A stretch of DNA of 64,000 nucleotides, taken from positions 63,118,001-63,182,000 of the forward strand of contig CM059432.1 of NCBI GenBank assembly GCA_030390025.1, in the 5' to 3' direction. The notes under the pieces are model-generated. The model was not told the DNA's origin. It saw only the letters and a list, made by a program, of their open reading frames with translations, and did no database searches. Position 1 is the first letter of the stretch. Each line of letters opens with the position of its first letter. Positions 24,931 to 37,890 of the stretch are shown one piece after another. The stretch is from Squalus acanthias (taxonomy: Eukaryota). Position numbers and translations under genes: made by a program.

Positions 24931-25889
24931 CCAGGCAGTGATAGGTATACTACATTTGACCTGAGTGCACATGGGCTAGGGAGGGATAAAATTAACCAAG
25001 AAGTAATTGCTGATTGTTATTCAATAACCGCTGCTGAAAAGTGTACGCGTGTGATGCCTTACATGACAAAGTAGCTTGCCAACATTCACTGTCTTTGCTC
25101 ACTCACGAAGAATACTATTTGGGCAAGGTACTGGAGGGCGGCTGTTTGAACTCTAACTCAACACAGTTTTGCCATCTTAGAGCCATTTCAGTCCCAAACA
25201 GATGGCACTTGCTTCTCCCACCTCCCCCCACTCTGGAACATTCAATGATTCTAAAATGAAGTGATTTAAGAGAAAACCAGATAGCTGGAAACATCATTAT
25301 GAAAGAAGGCCATCCAGTGACATATAGAACCATATAACTGTACAGTAATTATATGAGCCTAGAAATTCCTATTGACAGTAAGCCTAATGCTGGCTCTATT
25401 TGAATCTAATAAACATTCAAACTGAGAGCAGGGAGTAGTATACATTTCCCAACAATTTATACTTGATTCTAACTTGCTCTTGTGGTGAAGAGGCTGATGT
25501 GTGCAGAAGTGCAGAACTGGTGAATAAAGGTAGTTTAGTCTGTTACAGCTGACATCATTGCTCATTAAAGGAAGGATTCCTACCGCCCATGTGAATCAGA
25601 TGGTGCTCCTCAGTCAGCCTATCACTTGTGGGGATTGAAAAGGAAACTGCTGGAGTTTCAGGATACACTAAAGCTGAAATTTCTGGGCCCTGGAGCATAT
25701 ATACTTGAGCCCTTTGCCGCCAGATAATGCTATTATCTGGGCAAGTGAAGCAGAATTTGGCACGAGAGCTGGTTATGTTGATCGTCTCCACTGAAGCGAG
25801 TGCCACAAAGAGGTGGGACTGGGAAGATGACATCATCTGTCAAAATTCCCAGCAGTTCCAAATCATTTGCCCCATTGCAATGTATGCCA

Positions 25890-26540
25890 CCGAAACTTAA
25901 CTGGACCAGCCACTTAAATACTGTGGCAACAAGAGCAGGTCAGAGGCTGGGTATTCTGCAGCGAGTGTCTCACCTCCTGACTCCCCAAAGCCTTTCCACT
26001 ATCTACAAGGTACAAGTAAGGAGTGTGATGGAATACTCGCCACTTGCCTGGATGAGTGCAGCTCCAACAACACTCAAGAAGCTCGACACCATCCAGGACA
26101 AAGCAGCCCACTTGATTGGCACCCCATCCACCACCTTAAACATTCACTCCCTCCACCACCGGCGTATCGTGGCTGCAGTGTGTACCATCTACAAGATGCA
26201 CTGCAGCAACTCGCCAAGGCTTCTTCGGCAGAACCTCTGAAATCAGTGACCTCCACCACCCAGAAGTACAAGGGCAGCAGGTGCATGGGAGCACCATCAC
26301 CTCCAAGTTCCTCTCTAAGTCACACACCATCCCGACTTGTACATGTATCGCCTTTCCTTCATTGCCGCTCATCACATTCCTGGAACTCCCTACCTAACAG
26401 CACTGTGTGAGTACCTTCACCACGCAGACAGCAGCAGTTCAAGAAGAAGACCCACCACAACTTTGTCAAGGGCAACCAGGGATTGTCAGTAAATGCTGGC
26501 ATTACCAGTGATGTCCATATTCCAAGAAAGAAAAAAAAAG
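25890..26540 (+). mobile_element. LINE family B 3' fragment
   Basis: KLNWTSHLNTVATRAGQRLG...VRSVMEYSPLAW, as in 33924-35300. Confidence 0.9.
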
Positions 26541-26732
26541 CGTTTCTGCCGAAATTCCGCCAATGTTATGATGGCAGAGTGGGTGAAAACGTGAGGAAAT
26601 TCATGGCAATAAAGATGATGATACTTTAAAGGGGAATCATGAGCTGCACTTCATGTTGCAAAACTGAATCATTTCTTCATGCCACTGTGCACTGTAGTGC
26701 ATTCTCTAGCACCACTGGTGAATGATGAATTT

Positions 26733-27277
26733 TGCCTCTAGATTTGACTATTCCAACGCACTCCTGGCCAGTCTCCCACTTTCTATCCTCCGTAAACTTG
26801 AGGTCATCCAAAACTCTGCTGCCCATGTCTTAACTCACACCAAGTCCCAGTCACCCATCACCCCTGTGCTCACTGACCTACATTGGCTCCCGGTAAAGCA
26901 ATGCTTCAATTTTAAAATTCTCATGCTTGTTTTCAAATCCCTCCATGGCTCCATCCCCTGAGATATCTGCACTCCTTCAATTCTGGCCTCTTGCGTATCC
27001 CTAATTTTAATCACTCCACCATTGACTGCCGTGCCTTCAGCTGCCTGGGTCCTAAGCTCTAGAATTCCCTCCCTAATCCTCTCCACCTCTCTACCTCTCT
27101 CTCCTCCTTTAAGGCGCTTTATAAAACCTATCTTTTTGACCAAACTTTTGGTCACACGTCCTAATAGCTCTTATGTGGCTCGATGTCAAATTTTGTTTGA
27201 TAACACTCCTGTGAAGCGCCTTGGGACGTTTTACTACATTAAAGGCGCTATATAAATACAAGTTGTTGTTGCTGTTG
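26733..27277 (+). mobile_element. L2 LINE 3' fragment
   Basis: SRFDYSNALLA...IQNSAAH...ITPVLTDLHWLPV; (TTG)n tail. Confidence 0.9.
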
Positions 27278-28863
27278 TGAATTCTCTATCACCACTGGTA
27301 CGTGGCAGTGTGTTCTCTATCACCACTGGTGCCAGCATGCATTGGAATAAATAAATTTCAGCCCATGATGTCAGTGAACATGAAACAAATTGCTCACCAT
27401 TACCCTTTAATCCAGCTGCAACCTTTGTGGAGGAAAAGAAGATTGTGTAGAAACAATAAAGAACTCTTTGGATACACAAACAACTTGATGGAGAAGACTC
27501 AGAGGTCCTGTTAAACCACCAGTGTCAAACAGTCCACATGAATTAATTTTGACTGACACCTGAGTAAAGTGAATCATATTATTTTTAAACTGTTGCCAAG
27601 TTGTTTAATGTTCAAAGCTGAAACCATCCCATGTTCTGACTGAACTGTTTTTTGTAACAGAGTTCCGCAGCATTTAACACTGCAGAAAGGAAGGGAACTG
27701 GGGACCATTTTCCACTCGAGCTCAAGCTGCTGCTCACAGCAGGCAACTAAGGAGAATTATGAAATTTAGAAATAAAATTTAAATTTCTTGTTTTTTTTTA
27801 ATGAAGAGCAGCTATCACCCTGGCACTTCATCAAGCCAAACCATCGTCATAATTTATGAACTTTCCATTAGGCTCCAACAACAGTTGAAGAAAATTTACA
27901 AACCTCCATCTAATCACTGGAGATTTACCAACAGTATTTCACCCTGGGATTTATTCCAGGAAACTTTCCCAATTGCACGGAGTTTCTCATAACCTTAAGC
28001 CATTTCATAGCTCAACCAATTTAGGAAAGCCTCCAACAACACAAGTTTACACAACAGTATGTGTTGTACAGAGCCTAATGGGATCCATGTTATTGACTAA
28101 TGCAGTGTTCATTATAACACCCTCTTTCTTAGCAGTAAATTCCTCATTTAAGTCTCATTTTCCTGTGGAATGTGCAGCATATTACACTGACCCTGCATTA
28201 AGAGTAATTTCATAATCACTGGCATTACTTAAATGCGTGATAGCTGTTACCAAGCAGTAAAAAAAAATAGTAAGTGGCTTAACATTTCCTGTCAGCAGTG
28301 AGATTCTTAACATAATAATAATGGTGTTTATGGTTGAGATTACTTGCTTAGAACATTTAGTTATTATAAATAAATCTGTTTAAAGTCTCAATTTTCACAT
28401 ATTAATCAAATAGAATAATGAATAATGGAGTGATTACGAGGCTGTAATCTATTCGAGGGGTTCAGCCAGCAAAGTAACAGTTAAGCTCACATAATTTATT
28501 TTTAATGCTTTTATGATTTTGATCAGGTGAGGGTTGTTCAATGGAAGAATTTAAATTTTGTATGGTATCAGCATCAAACAGGTCAAGTATATAATAGATG
28601 CAGATCATGGCTCCTTCTGCTCTCTCCCAACAATTCGCCTTGGCTTCAACATCAGGAGAGCAATGCCTATTGCACAATTTTCCATTCCTCACAGTCAGCC
28701 TGAGTACGATTGACAATTTAGTGGCAGTTAGCACACAATCAGGAGCCATTCTGAGGTCTGGATTGTGACTCTCACTTGTATAGAACCCTTTCAGCCAGCA
28801 GACAGATGAGAGTTTAATGGCATCATTCAGGCCTGGTTTTGAACCCAGGTCCCAGAAATAAAA

Positions 28864-29183
28864 ATGAGAAGTCGCACAACACCAGGTTATAGTCCAACAG
28901 ATTTATTTAATTTTACAAGCTTTCGGAGCGGTTCGCTCCTTCCTCAGGTAAGTTAGCAGTGAGAGAATCTCCCAGAATTCACAATTTAAACACAGACAAA
29001 ATCTTTTGTCTGTGTTTAAATTATGAATTCTGGGAGATTCTCTCACTGCTAACTTACCTGAGGAAGGAGCGAACCGCTCCGAAAGCTTGTAAAATTAAAT
29101 AAATCTGTTGGACTATAACCTGGTGTTGTGCGACTTCTCATTTTTGTCCACCCCAGTCCAACGCCGGCATCTCCACATCATGA
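28864..29183. mobile_element. Fold-back Penelope-type mini-insertion (copy 2)
   Basis: 142-bp inverted arms 28860-29001 / 29004-29145 with one mismatch; TSD CCAGAAATAAAA (28852-28863, 29184-29195). Confidence 0.85.
29054..29092 (+). ncRNA. Minimal hammerhead-like motif, mirrored on the minus strand in the other arm
   Basis: TTAC-CTGAGGA-A-GGAGC GAACC GCTCC-GAAA-GCTT-GTAA. Confidence 0.6.
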
Positions 29184-29267
29184 CCAGAAATAAAAGGCTA
29201 GCCTCTGGGTGGCTTATAATCATGAATCTAAACACTTATTATTGATAGAACATGCACTTTGTGTTAG

Positions 29268-29725
29268 TTGTGGCTCCGTTGGTAGCTCTCTCGCCTGAGT
29301 CAGAAGGTTGTGCGTTCAAGTCCCACTCCAGAGACTTGAGCACAAATATCTAGGAAGATGCTCCAGTGTAGTGCTGAGGGAGTGCTGCATTGTCAGAGGT
29401 GCCATCTTTCGGATGAAACGTTAAACTGAGGCCCCATCTGTTCTCTCAGGTGAACGTAAAAGATCCTATGGCACTATTTCGAAGAAGAGCAAGGGAGTTA
29501 TCCCCAGTGTCCTGGCCAATATTTATCCCTCAATCAAAATCTAAAACAGATAATCTGGTCATTTTCACATTGCTGTTTGTGGGAGCTTGCTGTGCACAGA
29601 TTGGTTGTGGCATTTCCTACATTACAACAGTGACTGCACTTCAAAAAGTACTTCATTGGCTGTAAAGCACTTTGGGACATCCAGTGTTCATGAAAGGCGC
29701 TATATAAATGTAAGTCTTTCTTTCC
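29268..29725 (+). mobile_element. Full-length tRNA-derived SINE, Deu-domain/SacSINE1-like
   Basis: A box TGGCTCCGTTGG, B box GTTCAAGTC, central Deu-like domain, 3' end AAGGCGCTATATAAAT shared with the L2 at 27240. Confidence 0.75.
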
Positions 29726-30796
29726 TTCCTATCTCCTGTGGCATAGCTCACAGTAAGCCTATATTATAAGAACAGGAGCATTAAAGAGGTAATCTTTCAA
29801 ATTCAAGTGGCCAGCAGGTAACTTTGGAAATTTTGGGGTGTAGTGCACATAATTTCTTAACCACTAACTTAAATGGTTATGTAACCATGAGCAGCACCTT
29901 TCCTGAATTTCCAATATGTGCTCCCAACAGGTGAGACTTACTGCTGGCAGCACAATATTGGAAAATTGCTCCTATAACATGTAATGCATTATTTTCTGGT
30001 AAGGTGGAGCTGTGTGCAACCTCACCATTGGTGTAAAAAAGCATATCCTGAGGTTAATTGGAGAGTAATCTTTGTAGATTAACAGCTGCTTGTAAATCTC
30101 TAACTCCTCCCTCAGGTCAGAAAAATACAGCGGGAAATGATGCTGAGTTGGAGGATATGCTGCTTTAAAGCAATAGAGGCGTTTACGTCGTGTAGGGCAT
30201 CACATCAGGGTCACTGATTTATAATGACAGAATAAATTAAAATCCATTTTATTATATGCCATTCTGAGATTTAAACCAATGCTTTGGAGATCGAATTCTA
30301 CGACTCTGTTCATTCTTCTTTGAAAACCATAAAGTTACCTGTATGTATTTAACTTTTAGCCTGTATCAGTTTTAAAACTGAAGATAGATGGTATGCAAGA
30401 TGTACCAGATGGAGGTAGGTATGGGGTGGGGGGAGGGTGAATTTTTGAGGGGGTTCTTCTGCTCATTGGCTGTAACATTGGCAGAAGTGTTGTGGAAACC
30501 CTAGAAGAATGGCGTAAACACCATTTATGCTGTTTTTCTGGGGTTTTTGTGCCTCTTCTGCCGAACTTACGGCAGATGAGTGAGAGTACCTCTGCAGAAG
30601 TTCACCCCCTCACTAGGTGTTTAGCCGTACTGGGGAGCGGGGGTGGAGCTTAGCTGCACTGGAGGGCAGTCAAGGGCTTTGTTAGCAATGGGGTCATGTT
30701 TTTGGTATTTCTCAGTATTGGGGTCGGGGTTCTGCAGTTGGCAACACTGGGGTGGGAGTGCTGAGATTTTGACAACATGTGTGATCAATTACTTTA

Positions 30797-31575
30797 ATCG
30801 TAGAATCATAGAATAGTACAGCACAGAGGAAGGCCATTTGGCCCATCGAGTCTGCGCCGGCTCTTTCAAAGAGCAATCCAGTTAGTCCCACTCCCCCGCT
30901 CTTTCCCCATATCTGTGCAATTTTTTCTCCTTCAAGTATTTATCCAATTCCCTTTTGAAGGCTGCTATTGAATCTGTATCCACCACCCTATCAGGCGGTG
31001 CATTCCAAAACCTAAACCCTCATTGCGTAAAAAGGTGTTTCCTCATGTCACCTCTGGTTCTTTTGCCATTCACCTTAAATCTCTGTCCTCTGGTTATTGG
31101 CCCCTCAGCTATTGGAAACAGTTTTTCTTTATTTACTTTGTCTAGACCCCTCATGATTTTGAACACCTCTATCAAATCTCCTCTCAACCTTCTCTCCTCG
31201 AAGGAGAACAACCCCAGCTTCTCCAGTCTATCCACGTAACTGAAATCCCTCATCCCTGGAACCATTCTTGTAAATCTTTTCTGTACCCGCTCCAAAACCT
31301 TCACGTCCTTCCTAAAGTGCGGTGCCCAGAATTGGACACAATACTCCAGCTGGGGCCGAACTAGTGTTTTATAAAGGTTTAGCATAACTTCTTGGCTTTT
31401 GTACTCTCTGCCTCTATTTATAAAGCCCAGGATCCCATATGCTTTATTAACTGCTTTGTTAACCTGTCCTGCCACCTTCAAAGATTTGTGTACAAACATC
31501 CCCGGGTCTCTCTGTTCTTGCACCCCCTTTCAAATTGTACCATTTAGTGTGCATGGTCTTTCCCTATTCTTCTTG
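30797..31575 (-). mobile_element. CR1 3' fragment
   Basis: ORF 31020-31523 LVRPQLEYCVQFWAPHF. Confidence 0.92.
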
Positions 31576-32074
31576 GCAAGTTCTGGAACCTTCCCAAAGG
31601 CCTCAACAGAATTCTTGCCAGCTCTCAATGTGCAGGAGTTCCATTGAGGAACTACAAGAGTGTAATGGATGGAATTCCTGGGGGTGCTCAAGAACTCCCG
31701 CAGACACACCCTGTTGTCATGGGATGGGGTTGGGAACAGGAGTTGCCAGCTCCCCCGACCGGAATTTATGTTACTTCTTGCACAGAAGCAAAAACAGTGT
31801 GAAGATTTACTTGAATTATTTGATTGTTTGGTTTTATGGTATTTGCTAGTTAATGAATTGTAGTTTGGAAAAAAAGATTGGAGGGTTTTGATCGTTTTGT
31901 GTTCTCCTGGTTACTCATTTTTCATTGGCATTTCTTGATTCATTCACACGTCGATATTCCATTGGCAATGACAGATAAGTAATTATTTGTGCACTTATGA
32001 TTTTCTTTGTCCCCCAGAAGTGTGGCCTCTGAGATCACATTTCACAAAGTCACAAAGATAAAAAAGATAAATAC

Positions 32075-32620
32075 AGATGAGAGGCCATTCAGCCCATCGA
32101 GCTGATCCTTCCATTGAAATCTATGCTTCCCTTCAATGCAGCATTTAACAACCTCCTGAATTACTCCAGAATTTTGCCTTCGCTATGCTGCTCAGAAAAC
32201 ATTCCAGGTATTAATCACTCTGTGTCTAAAAAGGTGCTTCTTCACAACAGTCCTGAGCTTGTCTTTTGTACTTTTATTTCCTTGTCCTGTGGTTGTGGTT
32301 TAACTTTCTAACTTGGCATCTCATGCACTTCAATAAGGTCCCCTCTTATTAGCCTCCTTTCAAAGCCGAAGGGTCCGAGTTTTCTAATCTTCCCTCGTAA
32401 CTCATTCCTCTGACACTAGGGACCACCCTCAAGGCCCTGACCAGAACTGATTGCAGTGTTCAAGTTGCAGCCTAACCAGATTATTCTACGGCTTCAGCAG
32501 GACAACTTCAAAACTCTAAGCCTTTGGCAATCGAGCTCAGAAATTTGTTTTGTTAACTGCTGCTCTGCAATGATTGGCTATGGTCAGAGCTGAATCTATT
32601 ACCAATCCCAGATCTCGTAA
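32075..32620 (-). mobile_element. Highly diverged CR1-like fragment
   Basis: GGCCATTCAGCCCATCGAG tail motif and degenerate RRL.GDLIE coding remnant. Confidence 0.55.
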
Positions 32621-33860
32621 TTACATACATTGTGATTTTTAAAATTATTTTTCTTTTCTTTTGCATTGCCCCTCCCTACCCCAGATTTTCCCTGTTCCTC
32701 TTCTGGAGGGCACACAGTTCCATGAGCTCTGGCAGGTTATTTAACCGTAAGGGAGCTTCACAGTTGAGCTTGTTCCTGTCTTTACCCAATGTCCATATAT
32801 ACGCACAAGTGCAGACACACAAACACACGTGTAATCAGGAGGGGAGCCCTGGTTGATTGGCTGATTTTTTTCTCCCATAGCCCAGTAGGACTCAGGGCAC
32901 TTGTAGCAGCCCTACCCCTGCTCCGGCTGAGATCAGCTAACTCAGCACAGAACCGGAACTTGACCTAGACCGTCTGATTTGTATGGCTCAGTTGGGGTGG
33001 GTATTATATTTCACATGGCCCGATCAGTTCATTTGTATATGACACAAGAGGTAACGTAGCAAATCTATACCTGGATCTGTGATCAATAACTTAAGGTAAA
33101 CGTTTTAATGTATTTCAGAACATAAAATCATGAGGGCTGATTTTAATCCCCATGCCAGAAGAGAATGGAAGTTCTGGTGGGGTTTATAATAGAGGTAGCA
33201 TCCTGACCTCCAGCTTGAAGCCACACTTATGCTGGACGGTATTTTAACTCCCAGGTTGCAGGAGATGTGTAAGGTCCTTGTTTCAGGCAGGTGAGGGCCT
33301 CTTTAAAATGCAAACGCTGGGGTCTGATTACGTAATTTAGGTCCCATGCCATTTTAACGTGGTCCCACGTTCGGCACCAGTGGAACATCGGAAGAAACAT
33401 AGGGACAGGAGTAGGCCATCCACCACTCAAACCTGTTCCACCTCACCAGAATCACTGAGTGCCAAGGAGCAGCTTTAATTTTTAAAGGTTTCCCTGTGGG
33501 CCAGGAGGTGCAGGAGTCCAATATATCATAGTTTCTGCTCTTTTAGGGTGAAGTCATGCAATGCACACAAGAGATGAATGCCAGAGGGGAGTTGAGAGTA
33601 ACTGTTCTTGACATCAAGGCAGCATTTGACCGAGTATGGCACCAGGGAGCACTAATGAAACAGAGGTCACTGGGAATCAAGGGGTAATTCTTCCAATGGT
33701 TGCAGTTAATACTTACACAAAGGAATACGTTTGTGGGCGTCCCCTAGGCCCGCTGCTCCTTAGTGCTCAGTGGTTCTGGTGAGGTGGAACAGGCTCGAGG
33801 GGTGAATGGCCTACTCCTGTTCCTGTGTTTCTTCCTATGTTCCCCCGGCCACCGAACGTG

Positions 33861-35836
33861 TTTTTTTAAATTCGTGTATGGGATGTGGGCGTTGCTGGCA
33901 AGGCCAGCATTTATTACCCCTCCCTAATTGCCCTTGAGAAGGTGGTGGTGAGCCACCTTCTTGAACTGCTGCAGTCCGTGTGGTGAAGGTACTCCCACAG
34001 TGCTGTTAGGTAGGGAGTTCCAGGATTTTGACCCAGCGACGATGAAGGATCGGGGATCTACTTCTAAGTCAGGATGGTGTGTGACTTGGAGGGGAACTTG
34101 GAGGTGATGGTGTTCCCATGCACCTGCTGTCCTTGTCCTTCTAGGTGGAAGAGGTCGCGGGTTTGGGAGGTGCTGCCAAAGAAGCCTTGCCGAGTTGCTG
34201 CAGTACATCTTGTAGATGGTACACACTGCAGTCACGGTACACCGGTGGTGGAGGGAGTGAATGTTTAAGGTGGTGGATGGGGTGCCAATCAAGCAGGCTG
34301 CTTTGTCCTGGATGGTGTCGAGCTTCTTGAGTGTTGTTGGAGCTGCACTCATCCAGTCAAGTGGAGAGTATTCCATCACACTCCTTACTTGCGCCTTGTA
34401 GATGGTGGAACGGCTTTGGGGAGTCAGGAGGTGAGACACTCGCCACAGGATACCCAGCCTCTGACCTGCTCTTGTTGCCACAGTATCTATGTGGCTGCTC
34501 CAGTTAAGTTTCTGGTCAATGGTGACCCCCAGGATGTTGATGGTGGGGGATTCGGCGATGGTAATGCCGTTGAATGTCAAGGGGCGGTGGTTAGACTCTC
34601 GCTTGTTGGAGATTGCCATTGCCTGGCACTTCTGTGGCGCGAATGTTACTTGCCACTTATCAGCCCAAGCCTGAAAGTCGTCCAGGTCTTGTTGCATGTG
34701 GGCATGGACTTCTTCATTTTCTGAGGAGTTATGAATGGCGCTGAACACTGTGCAGTCATCAGCGAACATTCCCATTTCTGACCTTATGTTGGAGGGAAGG
34801 TCATTGATGAAGCAGCTGAAGTTGGTTGGGCCTAGGACACTGCCCTGAGGAACTCCTGCAATGATGTCCCGGGGCTGTGATGATTGACCTTCAACCACCA
34901 CAACCATCTTCCTTTGTGCTAGGTATGATTCCAGCCAGTGGAGCGTTTTCCCCCCGATTCCCATTGACTTCAGTTTTACTAGGGCTCCTTGATGCCACAC
35001 TCGGTCAAATGCTGCCTTGATGTCAAGGGCAGTCACTCTCACCTCACCTCTGGAATTCAACTCTTTTGTCCATGTTTGGACCAAGGCAGTTATGAGGTCA
35101 GGAGCCGAGTGGTCTTGGCAGAACCCAAACTGGGCATCAGTGAGCAGGTTATTGGTGAGTAAGTGCCACTTGATACCACTGTCGATGACACCTTCCATCA
35201 CTTTGCTGATGATTGAGAGTAGACTGATGGGCCGGTAATTGGCTGGGTTGGATTTGTCCTGCTTTTTGTGGACAGGACATACCTGGGCAGTTTTCCACAT
35301 TGTCGGGTAGGTGCCAGTGTTATAGCTGTACTGGAACAGTTTGGCTAGAGGCGTGGCCAGTTCTGGAGCACAGATTCTTCAGCACGACAACCGGGATGTT
35401 GTTGGGGCCCATAGCCTTTGCTGTATCCAGTGCACTCAGCCTTTTCTTGATATCACGTGGAGTGAATTGAATTGGCTGAAGACTGGCTTCTGTGATGGTG
35501 GGGACCTCAGGAAGAGTCCGAGATGGGTCATCCACTCGGCACTTCTGGCTGAAGATGTTTGCGAACGCTTCAGCCTTGTCTTTTGCACTCATGTGCTGGG
35601 ATCCGCCATCACTGAGGATTGGGATGTTCATGGAACTTCCTCCTCCCATTAGTTGTTTAATTGTCCAACATCATTCAGGACTGCAGAGTTTTGATCTGAC
35701 CCGTTGGTTGTTGGATCGCTTAGCTCTGTCTATAGCATGCTGCTTCCGCTGTTTAGCACGTATGTAGACCTGTGTTGTAGCTTCACCAGGTTGGCACTTC
35801 AATTTTAGGTGTGCCTGGTGATTCTCCTGGCATGCT
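33861..35836 (-). mobile_element. LINE family B (CR1/L2 group), 5'-truncated, with RT
   Basis: 458-aa ORF 33924-35300: NYRPISLLS, LDIKAAFDRV, GVPQGSVLGP, FADD. Confidence 0.93.
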
Positions 35837-35837
35837 C

Positions 35838-36303
35838 AATGGTTCCAGGGATGAGGGTATACAGTTTCGTGGATAGACAAGAGAAGCTGGGATTTTTCTC
35901 CTTGGAGTAGAGAAGGTTAAGAGGAGATTTGATAGAGGTGTTTAAAATCATGAAGGATTTAGATAAAGTAACTAAATAGAAACTGTTTCCAATGTCTGAA
36001 GGGTCGATAACGAGAGCCACAAATTTAAGGTGATTGGCAAAAGAACCAGAGACGACATGAGGAAAAACTTTTTTACGCAACGAGGGGTTAGGATTTGGAA
36101 TGCACTGCCTGATAGGATGGTGGATACAGATTCAATAGTATCCTTCAAAAGGGAATTGGATAATCACTTGAAAGAGAAAAAATTGCATGGATATGGAGAA
36201 TGAGCCAGGGAGTGGGACTAACTTGATTGCTCTTCAAAAAAGCCGGCACAGACTCGATGGGCCAAATGGCCTCCTTCTGTGCTGTACTATTCTATGATTC
36301 TGT
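35838..36303 (+). mobile_element. CR1 3' fragment
   Basis: Similar to 30797-31270; TTCTATGATTCT tail. Confidence 0.88.
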
Positions 36304-36307
36304 GAGT

Positions 36308-37890
36308 TCACAGTGTTCTGCTCCATTCACAACTATTTCAATAATGAAACAGAACATACCAGCCTACATCAGGACTTGGACAACGTCCAGGCTTGTCGCT
36401 GACCAGTGGCAACTAACATAAGTGCCAGGCAATGAGTATCTCCCCAACAAAAAAAGGCTCATCCACCTCACACTGACATTTAACCTCATCATCAGTTCCC
36501 CAGCATCAGCATCATTGGGGTCACAATAGACCAGGGCCTGGAGTTTCCGCTCAATTACGCTGGTTTTTGGCACAATTCCCCCAATATCGGCATAACCGGC
36601 GCAAAAGCTCGCGGAATTTTAATCGCAAATTGCGTTCAGCGTAACCCGAGTTTCCGCAATCTTTAGCGCTAGTTTTATAAACATTGCACTGGAAGCAGGC
36701 CCCGCCCACAAAACTGGCCACGCCCCACAGAGTGAATTAATCACCATTGGGAGTTTCTGCTAATTGCGCTCGTTTGCAGGTCTTCGAGAAGCCTCCAAAA
36801 ATTAAGCTGGATCTTTTGGGCGCAAGCACACTAATAGCTACAGTTTGAAAGGCTTTGAATGAATTTTTTTTTAAATTTACTATGGAACTGACTACTGTAC
36901 CCCAATCTAACTAGAAAATAGTTTTGTATATTTTTAAAAGTCATTTTCAGTAATTTATAATTGTGTTAATCACAGGGGGTGGATTGCCACTGTAATTTAA
37001 ATTGCTTATTTTTTGTAATAAACATTTTCAGCTGCATTAGTCAAACTTTACCAAGTTACCACTCTTAAATATATCAAGGAATATTTATTAAAGCAATTTT
37101 TTTTGAAATTACGTTTTAAAACGCTGCCTGATTACGCTGGTTCATGGCAGATTTTGTATTCAGTGATATGCAAATGAATTTGAATGGAAACTCGGGGGAA
37201 AAAACACTTTTGAGAATGGGCCCAATTTTGGATGCAAGTTGCGCTGAAATCGTCGATTGCGCCCAAAGCGGAAACGTTACCCCCAGATGCTTAACTGGAC
37301 CAACTGTATCAACAATATTGTTACATAACATAACAGAGACTGGGCACTCTGCGATAAATGGTTCACCTCTTGACCCCTCAAAGCTGCTCCACCATCAAGT
37401 TAGGAGTGTGATGTAATAGTCACCACTCGCCTGGATGGGTGTAGCCGCAACACCACTCAAGAAGCTTAATGCCATCCAGAACATAGTCATTTGCTTCATT
37501 GGCACCCAACCACTGGACTCAATATCTACTCACTCCACCATTGGTGCACTGTGGCTGCAGTATGTACGATCTACAGGATGCAGTGCAGCAACTCTACAAG
37601 TTTACTTCAACAGCTTCTAGCCCCGTGACCTCTACGACTGAGAAGGACAAGAGTTGTGGGACCATCATAAAGTCGCACACCACCCTGACTTGGACGTATG
37701 TCGCAGTTCCTTCAGTATTGCTGGATCAAAATCTTGTCATTCCCTACCCAATACCATTGTGGAAATACTATCAGCAGAAGGACTGCAGCAGTTCAGGGAT
37801 AAAGCCCACCACCAATTTTTCAGAGCAATTAGAGTTGGGCAATAACTACAACTTTGCCAGTATCACTCACATCCTGAGAATAAATAATAA
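36308..37890 (+). mobile_element. Older LINE-B copy split by a MITE; upstream piece at 33545-33735
   Basis: Collinear degenerate similarity to the LINE-B RT and 3' region. Confidence 0.7.
36535..37283. mobile_element. Harbinger-type MITE
   Basis: GGCCTGGAGTTTCCGC...GCGGAAACGTTACCCC, TSD CAG (36532-36534, 37284-37286). Confidence 0.72.

Noticed and set aside
29268..29335. tRNA gene
   Set aside because: A/B boxes run directly into a SINE body; it is the SINE head
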